This document shows positions 46,367-56,753 of a stretch of 64,000 bases of DNA, one piece after another; position 1 is the stretch's first letter; each line of letters starts with the position of its first letter. The translations under genes were made by a program, and so were the position numbers. Source of the stretch: Longimicrobiales bacterium (lineage in GTDB: Bacteria > Gemmatimonadota > Gemmatimonadetes > Longimicrobiales > Gaopeijiaceae); assembly GCA_965249725.1 (NCBI GenBank), contig CBDFMQ010000002.1, forward strand, positions 384,001-448,000. Reading direction: 5' to 3'. The notes under the pieces were generated by a model. The model worked only from the letters and a program-made list of their open reading frames with translations. It had not been told where the DNA came from and did no database searches.

Positions 46367-49149
46367 TGTCAGATCCCGTCGCCCGCCTAAACGCAGCCCT
46401 CCAAGGCCGCTACGCCATCGAGCGCGAGCTGGGTGAGGGCGGCATGGCCACCGTCTATCTGGCCGACGACATCAAGCACGAGCGCAAGGTCGCCCTCAAG
46501 GTCCTGAAGCCCGAACTAGCAGCCGTAGTCGGTGCCGAACGCTTCCTCGCCGAGATCAAGACCACCGCAAACCTGCAGCACCCCAATATCCTGCCGCTAT
46601 TCGATTCCGGCGAGGCGGACTCGTACGTCTTCTACGTGATGCCCTACGTGGAAGGGGAGAGCCTTCGGGACAAGCTCGACCGCGAGCACCAGCTCCCCGT
46701 GGACGAGGCGGTCCGGATCGCGAGCGAGGTCGCCGAGGCCCTCCAGGCCGCGCACGAGCAGGGCGTCGTCCACCGCGACATCAAGCCTGCCAACATCCTA
46801 CTCAGCCGGGGTCGCCCGCTCCTAGCAGACTTCGGGATCGCGCTTGCCGTGAGCTCGGCAGGGGGCACCCGCCTCACCGAGACGGGGCTCAGCGTCGGCA
46901 CACCACACTACATGAGCCCCGAGCAGGCGGTGGGCGACCGGACCACGGGACCGTCCACGGACATCTATGCCCTGGGCTGCGTGCTCTACGAGACGCTGGT
47001 CGGAGAGGCTCCGTACACCGGCACCACGGCGCAGGCGATTTTGGGCCGGATCATCACCGGTGAGCCGGTATCGGCCACGAAGCACCGGCCGTCAGTGCCG
47101 GCCAACGTGGACGCGGCAGTCAGGAAGGCGCTGGAGAAGCTGCCGGCAGATCGCTTCGGCAGTGCCCAGGGCTTGGTGCAGGCTTTGGCCGACCCCGGCT
47201 TCCGGCACACGGTGGTGGGTGGGGACGAGCCTGCCGAGGTGGAGCCACGCCCACTCTCGCGTAGGGCCCTCCCTTGGGGGCTCACGGCGGTACTCGCGGT
47301 CACGCTGGTGGTCCTCACCTCGAGACCACCGGTGCAACCAGCGCCCGAAGTCGTGCGTTTCACCGTACCGATTGCGCAGGGTGACACGACCTACCTGGGT
47401 GGCCCATTCACCTGGAACTGGGGGGTGCCCGTTAGCACGTCCGTCGCGATGTCGCCGGCCGGGGACCTACTGGTCTATGCGGCGCGGGGCGGACCAGATG
47501 CCCCGCTGACGGACGGACGGCTTTATTCGCGCCGATTCGATCAGGACGTCGCCGAGCCGATCGCGGGAACGGAGGGGGCCCAAAGTCCGTTCTTTTCGCC
47601 GGACGGTGCCTGGATCGGCTTTTTCGTCGAGGCGTCGCTGAAACGAGTCTCCATGGTTGACGGTACGCTCGAGACGATCGTAGCGGAGGCTCCACTCGGG
47701 GAAGGCAACCCGTCTGGTGACCCTGGCAGCGGACCTTCCTTAGGCGCGACCTGGGGAGACGACGGAACGATCGTGTTCAGCGGCGCGGGTCTTCTGTACC
47801 GGGTCGCGGCCACTGGGGGAGAACCCGAGTTGTTCGCCGAGGGGCTCCTGCCCGGCGCCGGGGATTCTGTATTCTATCGCCGCCCCGAGATCCTACCGGG
47901 AAGCCAGGCAATCCTGCTGCAAGCCATCCCATCCCAATCCCGCGATCCCGAAGACGCCGAGATCGTTGCGCTGGACCTCGCCGGGGGCACGCGGAGGACC
48001 GTGCTGACCGACGCCATGGACCCGCGCTACGTGCAGACGGGACATCTGCTATTCGTGCGCCAGGGGACACTCATGGCGGTCCGGTTCGATCCGAACCGTC
48101 TCGAGGTGCAGGGCCAGCCCGTGATCATGATCGAGGATGTCATGCACGCGGTGCTCATGCCCAATGGCCAGTCTGAGACCCACGCCGCTCAGGTAGCCGT
48201 ATCGGGGTCCGGTCACCTGGCCTATGCCCGCGGCGGTATTTTTCCAGAGGAGCGCAATCGTGTGGTGCGCATCACGAGTGCGGGCGACACGGTTCCCCTC
48301 GAGACGGACGGTCGTGACTATCTGAGCCTTATGGTGTCCCCCGACGGAAGCCGGCTCGCCTTCATGGCCTTCGAAGGATCAGGCTTACGGCTCGGCGTCC
48401 ACGACCTAGGTCGTGGTGTGACCCAACTCCTGAACGGTCTCTCCGACGAGCACCCCATTTGGAGCCCTGATGGCCAATCGCTGGCAGTTTATTCAAACGA
48501 TGACGGGCACATGTATCGCCGCGCGGCGGACGGCAGCGGCGAGCCGGAGCGGTTGGCGCCCTCGGACAGAAGTCAGTACCCGTCTTCGTGGTCCTCCCAA
48601 GGGGTCATCGCGTTTCTGAGCGAAGAATCGCCGGAGTCTGGTGAATCGGATATCTGGCTGCTGCCGCCGGGCGAGGAGCCTGCGCCCTTTTTCACATCAG
48701 GGTCGGTGGAGTGGGGACCGACTTTTTCCCCGGACGGCCGGTGGCTCGCGTATTCGTCTGACGAAAGCGGGCGGCGGGAGGTTTACGTACGACCGTACCC
48801 GGGGCCGGAACCTGCAACGCAGATCTCCGGCGATGGCGGATTGAACGCGGCGTGGTCGCCCGATGGTCGGCAGATCTACTACGTACAAGATATGGAGGGG
48901 CCCCGACCCTGGGTCCTGATGTCTGTAGATGTGACCCCTGGCGATGAGCTTCAGGCGGGTCGCCCGGTGCCGCTCATCGATTCCTGGATCTTCGGAATGC
49001 AAGGAGTGCGAGGCTATGACGTCTTCCCTGACGGCTCGTTTGCCACGTACACGGCGGACATTCGCCCTTATCTAGAGCAGCACGGGGTTACCGAGCTGCA
49101 CGTCGTGCTCAACTGGTTCGAGGAGTTGAAGGAGCGGGTGGGGAATTGA
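46366..49149 (+). CDS. Ser/Thr kinase with TM and PD40/TolB-like beta-propeller sensor (copy A)
   Basis: Kinase domain, TM LPWGLTAVLAVTLVVL, repeated FSPDG/WSPDG blades, VVLNWFEELK C-terminus. Confidence 0.93.
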   Translation: MSDPVARLNAALQGRYAIERELGEGGMATVYLADDIKHERKVALKVLKPELAAVVGAERFLAEIKTTANLQHPNILPLFDSGEADSYVFYVMPYVEGESLRDKLDREHQLPVDEAVRIASEVAEALQAAHEQGVVHRDIKPANILLSRGRPLLADFGIALAVSSAGGTRLTETGLSVGTPHYMSPEQAVGDRTTGPSTDIYALGCVLYETLVGEAPYTGTTAQAILGRIITGEPVSATKHRPSVPANVDAAVRKALEKLPADRFGSAQGLVQALADPGFRHTVVGGDEPAEVEPRPLSRRALPWGLTAVLAVTLVVLTSRPPVQPAPEVVRFTVPIAQGDTTYLGGPFTWNWGVPVSTSVAMSPAGDLLVYAARGGPDAPLTDGRLYSRRFDQDVAEPIAGTEGAQSPFFSPDGAWIGFFVEASLKRVSMVDGTLETIVAEAPLGEGNPSGDPGSGPSLGATWGDDGTIVFSGAGLLYRVAATGGEPELFAEGLLPGAGDSVFYRRPEILPGSQAILLQAIPSQSRDPEDAEIVALDLAGGTRRTVLTDAMDPRYVQTGHLLFVRQGTLMAVRFDPNRLEVQGQPVIMIEDVMHAVLMPNGQSETHAAQVAVSGSGHLAYARGGIFPEERNRVVRITSAGDTVPLETDGRDYLSLMVSPDGSRLAFMAFEGSGLRLGVHDLGRGVTQLLNGLSDEHPIWSPDGQSLAVYSNDDGHMYRRAADGSGEPERLAPSDRSQYPSSWSSQGVIAFLSEESPESGESDIWLLPPGEEPAPFFTSGSVEWGPTFSPDGRWLAYSSDESGRREVYVRPYPGPEPATQISGDGGLNAAWSPDGRQIYYVQDMEGPRPWVLMSVDVTPGDELQAGRPVPLIDSWIFGMQGVRGYDVFPDGSFATYTADIRPYLEQHGVTELHVVLNWFEELKERVGN

Positions 49150-51923
49150 TGACAGATCCCGTCAGCCGCCTAAACGCAGCCCTAGAAGGCCGCTACGCCA
49201 TCGAGCGCGAGCTGGGCGAGGGCGGCATGGCCACCGTCTACCTGGCCGATGACCTCAAGCACGAACGTAAGGTCGCCCTCAAGGTCCTGAAGCCCGAGCT
49301 GGCCGCCGTGGTTGGAGCCAGGCGCTTCCTCGGCGAGATCAAGACCACCGCCAACCTGCAGCATCCGAACATCCTGCCGCTCTTCGATTCCGGGGAAGCC
49401 GACTCGTACGTCTTCTACGTGATGCCCTACGTGGAGGGAGAGAGCCTGCGGGACAAGCTCGACCGTGACCACCAGCTCCCCGTGGACGAAGCGGTCCGGA
49501 TCGCGAGCGAAGTCGCCGAGGCCCTCCAGGCTGCCCACGAGCAGGGCGTCGTCCACCGTGACATCAAGCCCGCCAACATCCTGCTCAGCCGGGGCCGCCC
49601 GCTCGTCGCCGACTTCGGGATCGCGCTGGCCGTGAGCTCGGCGGGGGGCACCCGCATTACCGAGACGGGACTGAGCGTCGGCACGCCCCACTACATGAGC
49701 CCAGAGCAGGCCGTGGGCGACCCGACCACGGGACCCTCCACGGATATCTACGCCCTGGGCTGCGTGCTCTACGAGACGCTGGTCGGAGAGGCTCCGTACA
49801 CGGGTACCACCGCACAAGCGATTCTGGGCCGGATCATCACGGGTGAGCCGGTATCGGCTACCAAGCACCGGCCGTCGGTGCCGGCCAACGTGGACGCGGC
49901 AGTCAGGAAGGCTCTGGAAAAACTGCCGGCAGATCGCTTCGGCAGCGCCCAAGGCTTGGCGCAGGCTCTGGCCGACCCCGGCTTCCGGCACACGGTGGTG
50001 GGTGGGGACGAGCCTGCCGAGGTGGAGCCACGCCCACTCTGGCGTAGGGCCCTCCCTTGGGGGCTCACGGCGGGACTCGCGGTCACGCTGGTGGTCCTCA
50101 CATCGAGACCACCGGTGCAACCAGCGCCCGAAGTCGTGCGTTTCACCGTACCGATTGCGCAGGGTGACACGACTTACCTGGGTGGCCCATTCGCCTCGGC
50201 CTGGGGGGTGCCCGTTAGCACATCGGTAGCAATTTCGCCGGCCGGGGACCTACTGGTCTATGCGGCGCGGGGTGGACCCGACGCCCCGGAGACGGACGGA
50301 CGGCTTTATTCGCGCCGATTCGATCAGGACGTCGCCGAAGTGATCGCAGGAACGGAAGGGGCCCAAAGTCCGTTCTTTTCGCCGGACGGTGCCTGGATCG
50401 GCTTTTTCGTCGGGACCTCGTTGAAACGAGTCTCCATGGTTGACGGTACGCTCGAGACGATCGTAGCGGAGGCTCCACTCGGGGAGCTCGAAACTGGTAG
50501 TGGACCTCCCTTGGGGGCGACCTGGGGAGACGACGGAACGATCGTGTTCAGCGGCGCGGGGACTCTGTACAGGGTCGCGGCCACTGGTGGCGAACCCGAA
50601 TTGCTCGCCGAGGAGCTCCTGCCCGGCGCCGGGGATTCTGTATTCTATCGCCGCCCCGAGATCCTACCGGGAAGCCAGGCAATCCTGCTGCAAGCCAACT
50701 CATCCCAATCCCTCGATCCCGAAGACGCCGAGATCGTTGCGCTGGACCTCGCCGGGGGCGCACGGAAAACGGTGCTGACCAACGCCATGGACCCGCGCTA
50801 CGTGCTGACGGGACATCTACTATTCGTGCGCCAGGGCACACTCATGGCTGTCCGGTTCGACCCGGACCGTCTCGAGGTGCAGGGCCAACCGGTGATCATG
50901 GTCGAGGATGTCATGCACGCGGTGTTCATGCTTAACACCCGTAGCGAGACTCAAGCCGCTCAGGTCGCCGTGTCGTCGTCCGGTCACCTGGTCTATGCCC
51001 GCGGCGGTACCTTTCCGGCGGCGCGTACTAGTGTGGTGCGCATCACGAGTGCGGGCGACACCGTTCCCCTCGAGATGGACGTTCGTCACTATATCAACCT
51101 TAAGGTGTCCCCCGACGGAAGCCGGCTGGCCTTCATGGCCAGGGAAGGATCAGCCTTCCCGCTCGGTGTCCACGACCTAAGCCGAGGCGTGACCCAACTC
51201 CTGAACGGTGTCTCCGACATAAATCCGATTTGGAGCCCTGATGGCCAATCGCTGGCAGTTGTTTCAATCGATGACTACAACATGTATCGCCGCGTAGCGG
51301 ACGGCAGCGGCGAGCCGGAGCGGTTGGCGCCCTCGGACAGAAGTCAGTACCCGTCTTCGTGGTCCTCCCAAGGGGTCATCGCATATGTGAGCGAAGAATC
51401 GCCGGAGTCTAGAGAACACGATATCTGGCTGTTGCCGCCGGGCGGTGAAGCTGCGCCTTTCTTCACATCAGGGTCTGAGGTTATGGGCCCGACGTTTTCC
51501 CCGGACGGCCGGTGGCTCGCGTATGAGTCTGACGAAAGCGGGCGGTTCGAGGTTTACGTACGACCGTACCCGGGTCCGGAACCTGCAACGCAGATCTCCG
51601 GCGGCGGCGGAACGAACGCGGCATGGTCACCCGATGGTCGGCAGATTTACTACGTACAATGGCCTGAGGACTCGCCCCCACCGGGGGTCCTGATGTCTGT
51701 AGATGTGACCCCCGGGGATGAGTTTCAGGCGGGTCGCCCGGTGCCGTTCATCGATTCCTGGGTCGTCGCAACGAGTCCAGTGCGAGGCTATGACGTCTTC
51801 CCCGATGGCTCGTTTGCCACGCTCGTGGTGGACGATCGTCCCTATCTCGAGCAGAACGGGGTTACCGAGGTGCATGTCGTCCTCAACTGGTTCGAGGAGT
51901 TGAAGGAGCGGGTGGGGAACTAG
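49149..51923 (+). CDS. Ser/Thr kinase with TM and PD40/TolB-like beta-propeller sensor (copy B)
   Basis: Collinear near-duplicate of 46366..49149; TGATG overlap. Confidence 0.93.
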   Translation: MTDPVSRLNAALEGRYAIERELGEGGMATVYLADDLKHERKVALKVLKPELAAVVGARRFLGEIKTTANLQHPNILPLFDSGEADSYVFYVMPYVEGESLRDKLDRDHQLPVDEAVRIASEVAEALQAAHEQGVVHRDIKPANILLSRGRPLVADFGIALAVSSAGGTRITETGLSVGTPHYMSPEQAVGDPTTGPSTDIYALGCVLYETLVGEAPYTGTTAQAILGRIITGEPVSATKHRPSVPANVDAAVRKALEKLPADRFGSAQGLAQALADPGFRHTVVGGDEPAEVEPRPLWRRALPWGLTAGLAVTLVVLTSRPPVQPAPEVVRFTVPIAQGDTTYLGGPFASAWGVPVSTSVAISPAGDLLVYAARGGPDAPETDGRLYSRRFDQDVAEVIAGTEGAQSPFFSPDGAWIGFFVGTSLKRVSMVDGTLETIVAEAPLGELETGSGPPLGATWGDDGTIVFSGAGTLYRVAATGGEPELLAEELLPGAGDSVFYRRPEILPGSQAILLQANSSQSLDPEDAEIVALDLAGGARKTVLTNAMDPRYVLTGHLLFVRQGTLMAVRFDPDRLEVQGQPVIMVEDVMHAVFMLNTRSETQAAQVAVSSSGHLVYARGGTFPAARTSVVRITSAGDTVPLEMDVRHYINLKVSPDGSRLAFMAREGSAFPLGVHDLSRGVTQLLNGVSDINPIWSPDGQSLAVVSIDDYNMYRRVADGSGEPERLAPSDRSQYPSSWSSQGVIAYVSEESPESREHDIWLLPPGGEAAPFFTSGSEVMGPTFSPDGRWLAYESDESGRFEVYVRPYPGPEPATQISGGGGTNAAWSPDGRQIYYVQWPEDSPPPGVLMSVDVTPGDEFQAGRPVPFIDSWVVATSPVRGYDVFPDGSFATLVVDDRPYLEQNGVTEVHVVLNWFEELKERVGN

Positions 51924-51931
51924 GCAGACCC

Positions 51932-54632
51932 CTACCGAATCGTCACCCCGATCTCCGCCTGTCGCTTGTGGAACGCGAGCGAGGACACCCCGAACGTCGG
52001 CTGATCCAGAACGGTCCCCATCCCAGCTGGATCGAAGTTCGTCCGATTCAGGAGGTTGTAGACGCTGAACTGTACGCCGGCTGTTCGGCCGTCTGCGACG
52101 TCGAAATTCCAGCCCAGTCTCATGTCGACACGTAGGAAGTTCGGACCTTCGTGGCCGTTTCTGGGCTCTCCTGGAGGACGGTCTGCATTAATGCCGTCCC
52201 TGTTCAAGTCGTCGACGACGATGGCCGTGTAAGGCCGACCGGAGGAGTACACGAGTTTCCCCGACACCGAGAGGCCGAACGGATAGTCGAACCCCCCGGT
52301 AGCGACGATGCGGTGCCTCTCGTCCCACGCCGCTCGTCCTTTGAGACCCGAGAAGTCCGTCACCTCGGGGTCGAGCGGGCCTTGAATGAAGTCGTTCCAG
52401 GCATCGCTCGTGTTCTGGCGATCCGCGAGGGTGTAAGCGAGGGTCATCCAGCCGCGATCGAGAGTCTTACTCGCCTGCATCATCAGGAGCTTGGCGTCCG
52501 CCTCGCCTTCGGTGAGCATCTGAAACAGATCCCCGTGGTCGGGATACTTCCGGACCTCATAGTCGGCGTCCCACGTGTTCAGGGATCGCTCCATCGGGAT
52601 GTTCCGGCCTTGAATCACCAGGCCGTCGACACGAAGCACGACTCCGCCCGTCACCTCCTGCTCAAATCCGAGCGAAAACTGCCTCGTCATGGGGGTCTTG
52701 AGTTCAGCGGCATTGGGCCAGTGGAGCTCGCCGAAGAAGAGGGGATTGTCCCGAAGCAGCTCGTCCACGTTGAGCGAGGCGGGTTCGGGGATCCCACCAA
52801 ACAAGAAGGCGCCGGAATGGGACTCCAGGCCGTCGCCTAGCGAATGCTGCGGCAGGGCGTCGTAAAAGATGCCGAATCCGCCACGGATCACCGTGCTACC
52901 ATCCTCCGCCGCATCCCAGGCAAAACCGAGTCTCGGCCCGATGTTGTTCTTGTCGACGGGGCGTGGTGTAGTGCGAATGAACGGAAGTTGTCCCGCCAGG
53001 GGCGACACGTACCCCTGGTTCGTTCCGTTGGTCTCGATCTCGTAGCGTAAGCCGATGTTCAGGGTCAGCGACGGCGTGGGATTCCATTCGTCCTGGGCGA
53101 ACACCGCTACTTGGGTATTCTGCGACACCGTGCCGATCAGTCCGGATCCCACAAGTGCGAACTCGGGGTCCACGGCTTCATCGGAGGGAAAGAAGAAGAG
53201 GCCGTCTTCAAGGATGTGGTATCGGGCGTGGTTGTCCTGCCAGCTTACCTGTGTCCCAAGCTTGATGCGGTGCGTCCCCGAGGCACCGGTCGCGACGAAC
53301 GACAGGTCCTCGATCAGTTCGATCCGAGTGTAGTTCGTCGGGCCCCACTCCGGAACCGGTCCGACGCAGATGGATGGATAACAAAGTGTTGGACCAGCAT
53401 CCGCGATCCGACCTTCATTGAAGTTTCGGTGGATCACGTGGAACCGCGCCTGGTTCACCATCCCGCCACCCAGAGACCACCGATGCGTGAGCAGAGCACC
53501 GTGCAGATCCGATGAGAGCAAGAGGCCTGTCGATGGGCTGGCCGGGGGGTCGTCCGCACCGACTCCGACAACCTTCTCCGCGATCTCGCCGGTGTATCGC
53601 AGGCTCAATTCGTGGGTGTCGCTGATCCTGTGATCCAGGCGCGCGAACATCAGATTGTCGGTGAACGGCGTCTTGAAGGTCCCGTTGACCCCGGGTATTG
53701 GGCTGGCCGTGTTGATGGTGGCGAAGTTGTTCTCCACCTTCCGTTCCATGGCCATGAAGAAGTGCGTTCGGTCCTGAGCAATCGGACCGCCGACGGCGAA
53801 GCCCCAGTGCGAACGGCTGAAGTCCGGTTTCGTTTCTTCGAAATGGCCGAGGGCCGTCATCTGGCGGCCTCGGAAGAGCCCGAAAGCCTCGATCTCAAAC
53901 TCGTTCGTACCCCGACGGGTGACGGCGTTGACGACGCCGGATGCCGTCCGCCCCAGCTCCGCGGAATAGGACGTCTGGATGACCTCGAACTCCTGAATGG
54001 CGAGTAGAGGTACTCCGCCGGTCACGTCCCCGAACGCCGGCTCAGTAAAGTCGCCACCGTCCACGAGCACACCCATGGATTGAGCGTTCAACGCTCCGAC
54101 GGAGATTTCGGTGCCGAGGTTCGTGTACCCTACGCCCGGCCCGGTGGTCGCGCCGGGCGCGAGGGCCGCGAGGTCAATGAAGCTGCGGGACTCCTCGGGG
54201 AGGCGTTGGATCATCTCTTGATCCATCGCGAACGCAACGTCGGCGTCGGTGGAGGCGACCAGAGTGCGGGGAGCCAGGACCCGAATACCCTCCAACTCGA
54301 GGGCGCTGACAGCGACGGTGAAGTCCAGTGTCAGCGTCTTGCCGATCGGGAGCGCGACGTCCTCTTGGGCGGTCGATTCCAAGCCGATGCGGCTTGCGAG
54401 AATGTCGTAGCGCCCCGGGGGGAGCCCGGTCAGCCAATATCGTCCCGTCGGCGTCGTTGCCGCCTCATACCGGAAGCCGGTGGCCACGTTGGTCGCGGTG
54501 ATCTCCACAGCGGACAGCTTCGGAGTCTTGTACCACGCCCGTGAGTTCTGCTGTGGCGGTTTGGCCGAGGGCTGGGATGCTGGTGGCTGCCAGCAGCAAA
54601 GAGACCGCTAGAATGGGTCGTAACTGACGCAT
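51932..54632 (-). pseudogene. Oar-like TonB-dependent receptor with an N-terminal frameshift (pseudogene or sequence error)
   Basis: The signal peptide MRQLRPILAVSLLLAATSIPALGQ starts at 54632 but is out of frame with the main ORF (VEITATN.., 54508-51932). That ORF carries a carboxypeptidase-regulatory-like domain, plug (AIQEFEV, YSAELG, GVVNAVTRRGTN) and barrel (FAQDEW, NIGPRLGFAWD). Confidence 0.8.
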
Positions 54633-54751
54633 GGCGGGATTCCTTTTTTAGGTGGTTTCCACTGCGGGGTGGAAACCGTTGTGTCTAGGGTGTGCGGCTC
54701 CGGTGGGGATAGCAAGAAAGCTACGTTCTCTGCGACGACTCAGATCCCATC

Positions 54752-54796
54752 GCCGTCCCCATATCACACACAGGAAACGGGGTAGGGGAGTGCTCA
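54752..54796 (-). promoter_or_regulatory. Conserved promoter-like motif, copy 2
   Basis: Minus strand TGAGCAC-N11-GTTTCCTGTGTGTGATATGGGGACGGC; matches 42105-42149. Confidence 0.7.
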
Positions 54797-54870
54797 CGGC
54801 CGTATAGCGTGCCCTCTTTCGGCCCAACTCGCCCGTGGCACTCCGCGCACACTAGGGACATTTTGAAGCG

Positions 54871-55467
54871 ATGCCCGATCCCCGATTGCTAGATACCGAG
54901 CTTCGCGAAGAGCCGCTGACCAGTCTGGCTGCACATGCCGAGATCTCCATCGCCTTTCAGGGGGACCGCGTCCTGATCCCCAGCACCGAGCCAGGAGGTC
55001 TCGAGGCACTGACTCTCGTGGAGGTCCTCCAAGAGCCTCCCTATATGAATGACTATGATGCCATCCCCGGGAACGACCCACTGGACTGGCCTCGCCGCTT
55101 CGATACATCCGGTTGGGCTCTGATCTCGGCGTGGCTTGGCGGCGAGCGGGTTGGTGGCGTCGTCATCGCTTACTCGACCGAGGGTGTCGATATGCTCGAA
55201 GGCCGCTTGGACCTCGCCGTGCTCTGGGACTTCCGCGTGGCGCCTGAAGTGCGCGGCACCGGGGTAGGGGCGGCACTCTTCGAGGCCAGCGAGGAATGGG
55301 CGCGAAGCAGGGGCTGCATCGAGCTGAAGGTGGAGACGCAGAACATCAATGTGCCCGCCTGCACGTTCTACGAGAGGCAGGGCTGCGAGCTGCGCGCGAT
55401 CGATCGATTCGCCTACCCAGACGTACCCGACGAGATTCAACTACTCTGGTACAAACGGCTTACTTAA
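54871..55467 (+). CDS. GNAT acetyltransferase, streptothricin acetyltransferase (Sat)-like
   Basis: VAPEVRGTGVGAAL acetyl-CoA motif, KVETQNINVPACTFY, LLWYKRL. Confidence 0.8.
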   Translation: MPDPRLLDTELREEPLTSLAAHAEISIAFQGDRVLIPSTEPGGLEALTLVEVLQEPPYMNDYDAIPGNDPLDWPRRFDTSGWALISAWLGGERVGGVVIAYSTEGVDMLEGRLDLAVLWDFRVAPEVRGTGVGAALFEASEEWARSRGCIELKVETQNINVPACTFYERQGCELRAIDRFAYPDVPDEIQLLWYKRLT

Positions 55468-55618
55468 GCCATATAACAGGACTAGTCTGCCAGAATGGCT
55501 GAAATGCCCTACCCCTTCGCCAGCCGCTGTGATACCTTGGTTCTCCGACTCACGAAGTGCTCCGCCGGGGCCTTCGTCCTCACGTGACTCCTCCCCTCGA
55601 ACCGCGACACCGACCGAT

Positions 55619-56734
55619 ATGACCGACACCTTGAAGCGGACCCCTCTTTACGACGAACACGTGGCTCTAGGCGGCAAGATGGTCCCCTTCGCCGGCTATG
55701 AGATGCCGGTGCAGTACCCGACCGGCATCACGGCCGAGCATCAGGCGGTTCGCACCGCCGCCGGGCTCTTCGACGCCTCTCACATGGGAGAGTTCATTGC
55801 CCGAGGTCCCCAGGCCCTCGATCTGATCCAGAGGGTCAGCGTCAACGATGCGTCGGTTCTCGATGTGGGCCAGTGCCAGTACACCGCGCTCTGTCTCGAG
55901 ACCGGTGGCATCCTGGACGACTTCCTGGTCTACCGCGGGGGAGACCACTACATGCTGGTCGTGAACGCGTCGCGACGAGAAGAGGACTGGGAGTGGTTCA
56001 ACAAGCACGCCGAAGGATTGGACGTCGAGCTCGAGGACATCTCCGACGGCACGGCCCTTCTCGCGCTCCAGGGACCCCGTGCGCAGGAGATACTGGCCCC
56101 CCTCACGGACGCGGATCTGGACGCTGTAGGGTACTACCGGTTTACATCAGGCAGCGTCTCCGGATCCGATTCGCATGCCATCATCAGCCGCACCGGGTAC
56201 ACGGGCGAGGACGGCTTCGAGCTCTACGTTGCGTCGGACGATGCCGCGGCCGTATGGAGGAAGCTCGTCGAAGACGGACAGGCCGCCGGGCTTCTGCCCG
56301 CCGGTCTCGGCTCGCGCGACTCGCTTCGCCTCGAAGTCGGCTTTGCCCTCAACGGCAACGACTTGGATGACGAGCACACCCCGCTGGAGGCAGGTCTTGG
56401 CTGGCTCGTGAAGCTCGACAAGGAAGACTTCGTGGCCCGCGACGTCCTGGTTCAACAGAAGGGAGACGGCGTGCCCCGGAGGTTGGTGGGCATCCGGCTG
56501 ACCGAGCGGGGTTTCCCGCGTCCGGGGTATCCCATCGTCTTCGAGGACACCGAGGTAGGCGTCGTGAGCAGCGGCACGGTAAGCCCCTCGTTGGGCTACG
56601 GGATCGCCATGGGCTACGTGCCGAGTAGTATGGCGGCGCCCGACACGCCGCTCGGCGTCCGGGTCAGGGACAAGGTGATCCCCGGAGTGGTCCAGCGTCC
56701 TCCGTTCTACACGGAGGGCACGGTCCGCCGCTGA
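55619..56734 (+). CDS. gcvT: Glycine cleavage system aminomethyltransferase T
   Basis: [57 protein letters not shown]. Confidence 0.96.
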   Translation: MTDTLKRTPLYDEHVALGGKMVPFAGYEMPVQYPTGITAEHQAVRTAAGLFDASHMGEFIARGPQALDLIQRVSVNDASVLDVGQCQYTALCLETGGILDDFLVYRGGDHYMLVVNASRREEDWEWFNKHAEGLDVELEDISDGTALLALQGPRAQEILAPLTDADLDAVGYYRFTSGSVSGSDSHAIISRTGYTGEDGFELYVASDDAAAVWRKLVEDGQAAGLLPAGLGSRDSLRLEVGFALNGNDLDDEHTPLEAGLGWLVKLDKEDFVARDVLVQQKGDGVPRRLVGIRLTERGFPRPGYPIVFEDTEVGVVSSGTVSPSLGYGIAMGYVPSSMAAPDTPLGVRVRDKVIPGVVQRPPFYTEGTVRR

Positions 56735-56753
56735 GCGGAGCCGAGGAAGCGAT

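Larger units (their letters stand above)
46366..51923 (+). repeat. Tandem whole-gene duplication of about 2.78 kb
   Basis: 46366-49149 and 49149-51923 align end to end, with long identical nucleotide tracts. Confidence 0.95.

Noticed and set aside
46366..51923. Diversity-generating retroelement acting on the kinase paralogues
   Set aside because: There is no reverse transcriptase in the window, and the differences are not adenine-specific, include indels and span the whole domain.
55468..55618. Glycine riboswitch upstream of gcvT
   Set aside because: I could not identify the conserved aptamer motifs; an Rfam covariance search would be decisive.
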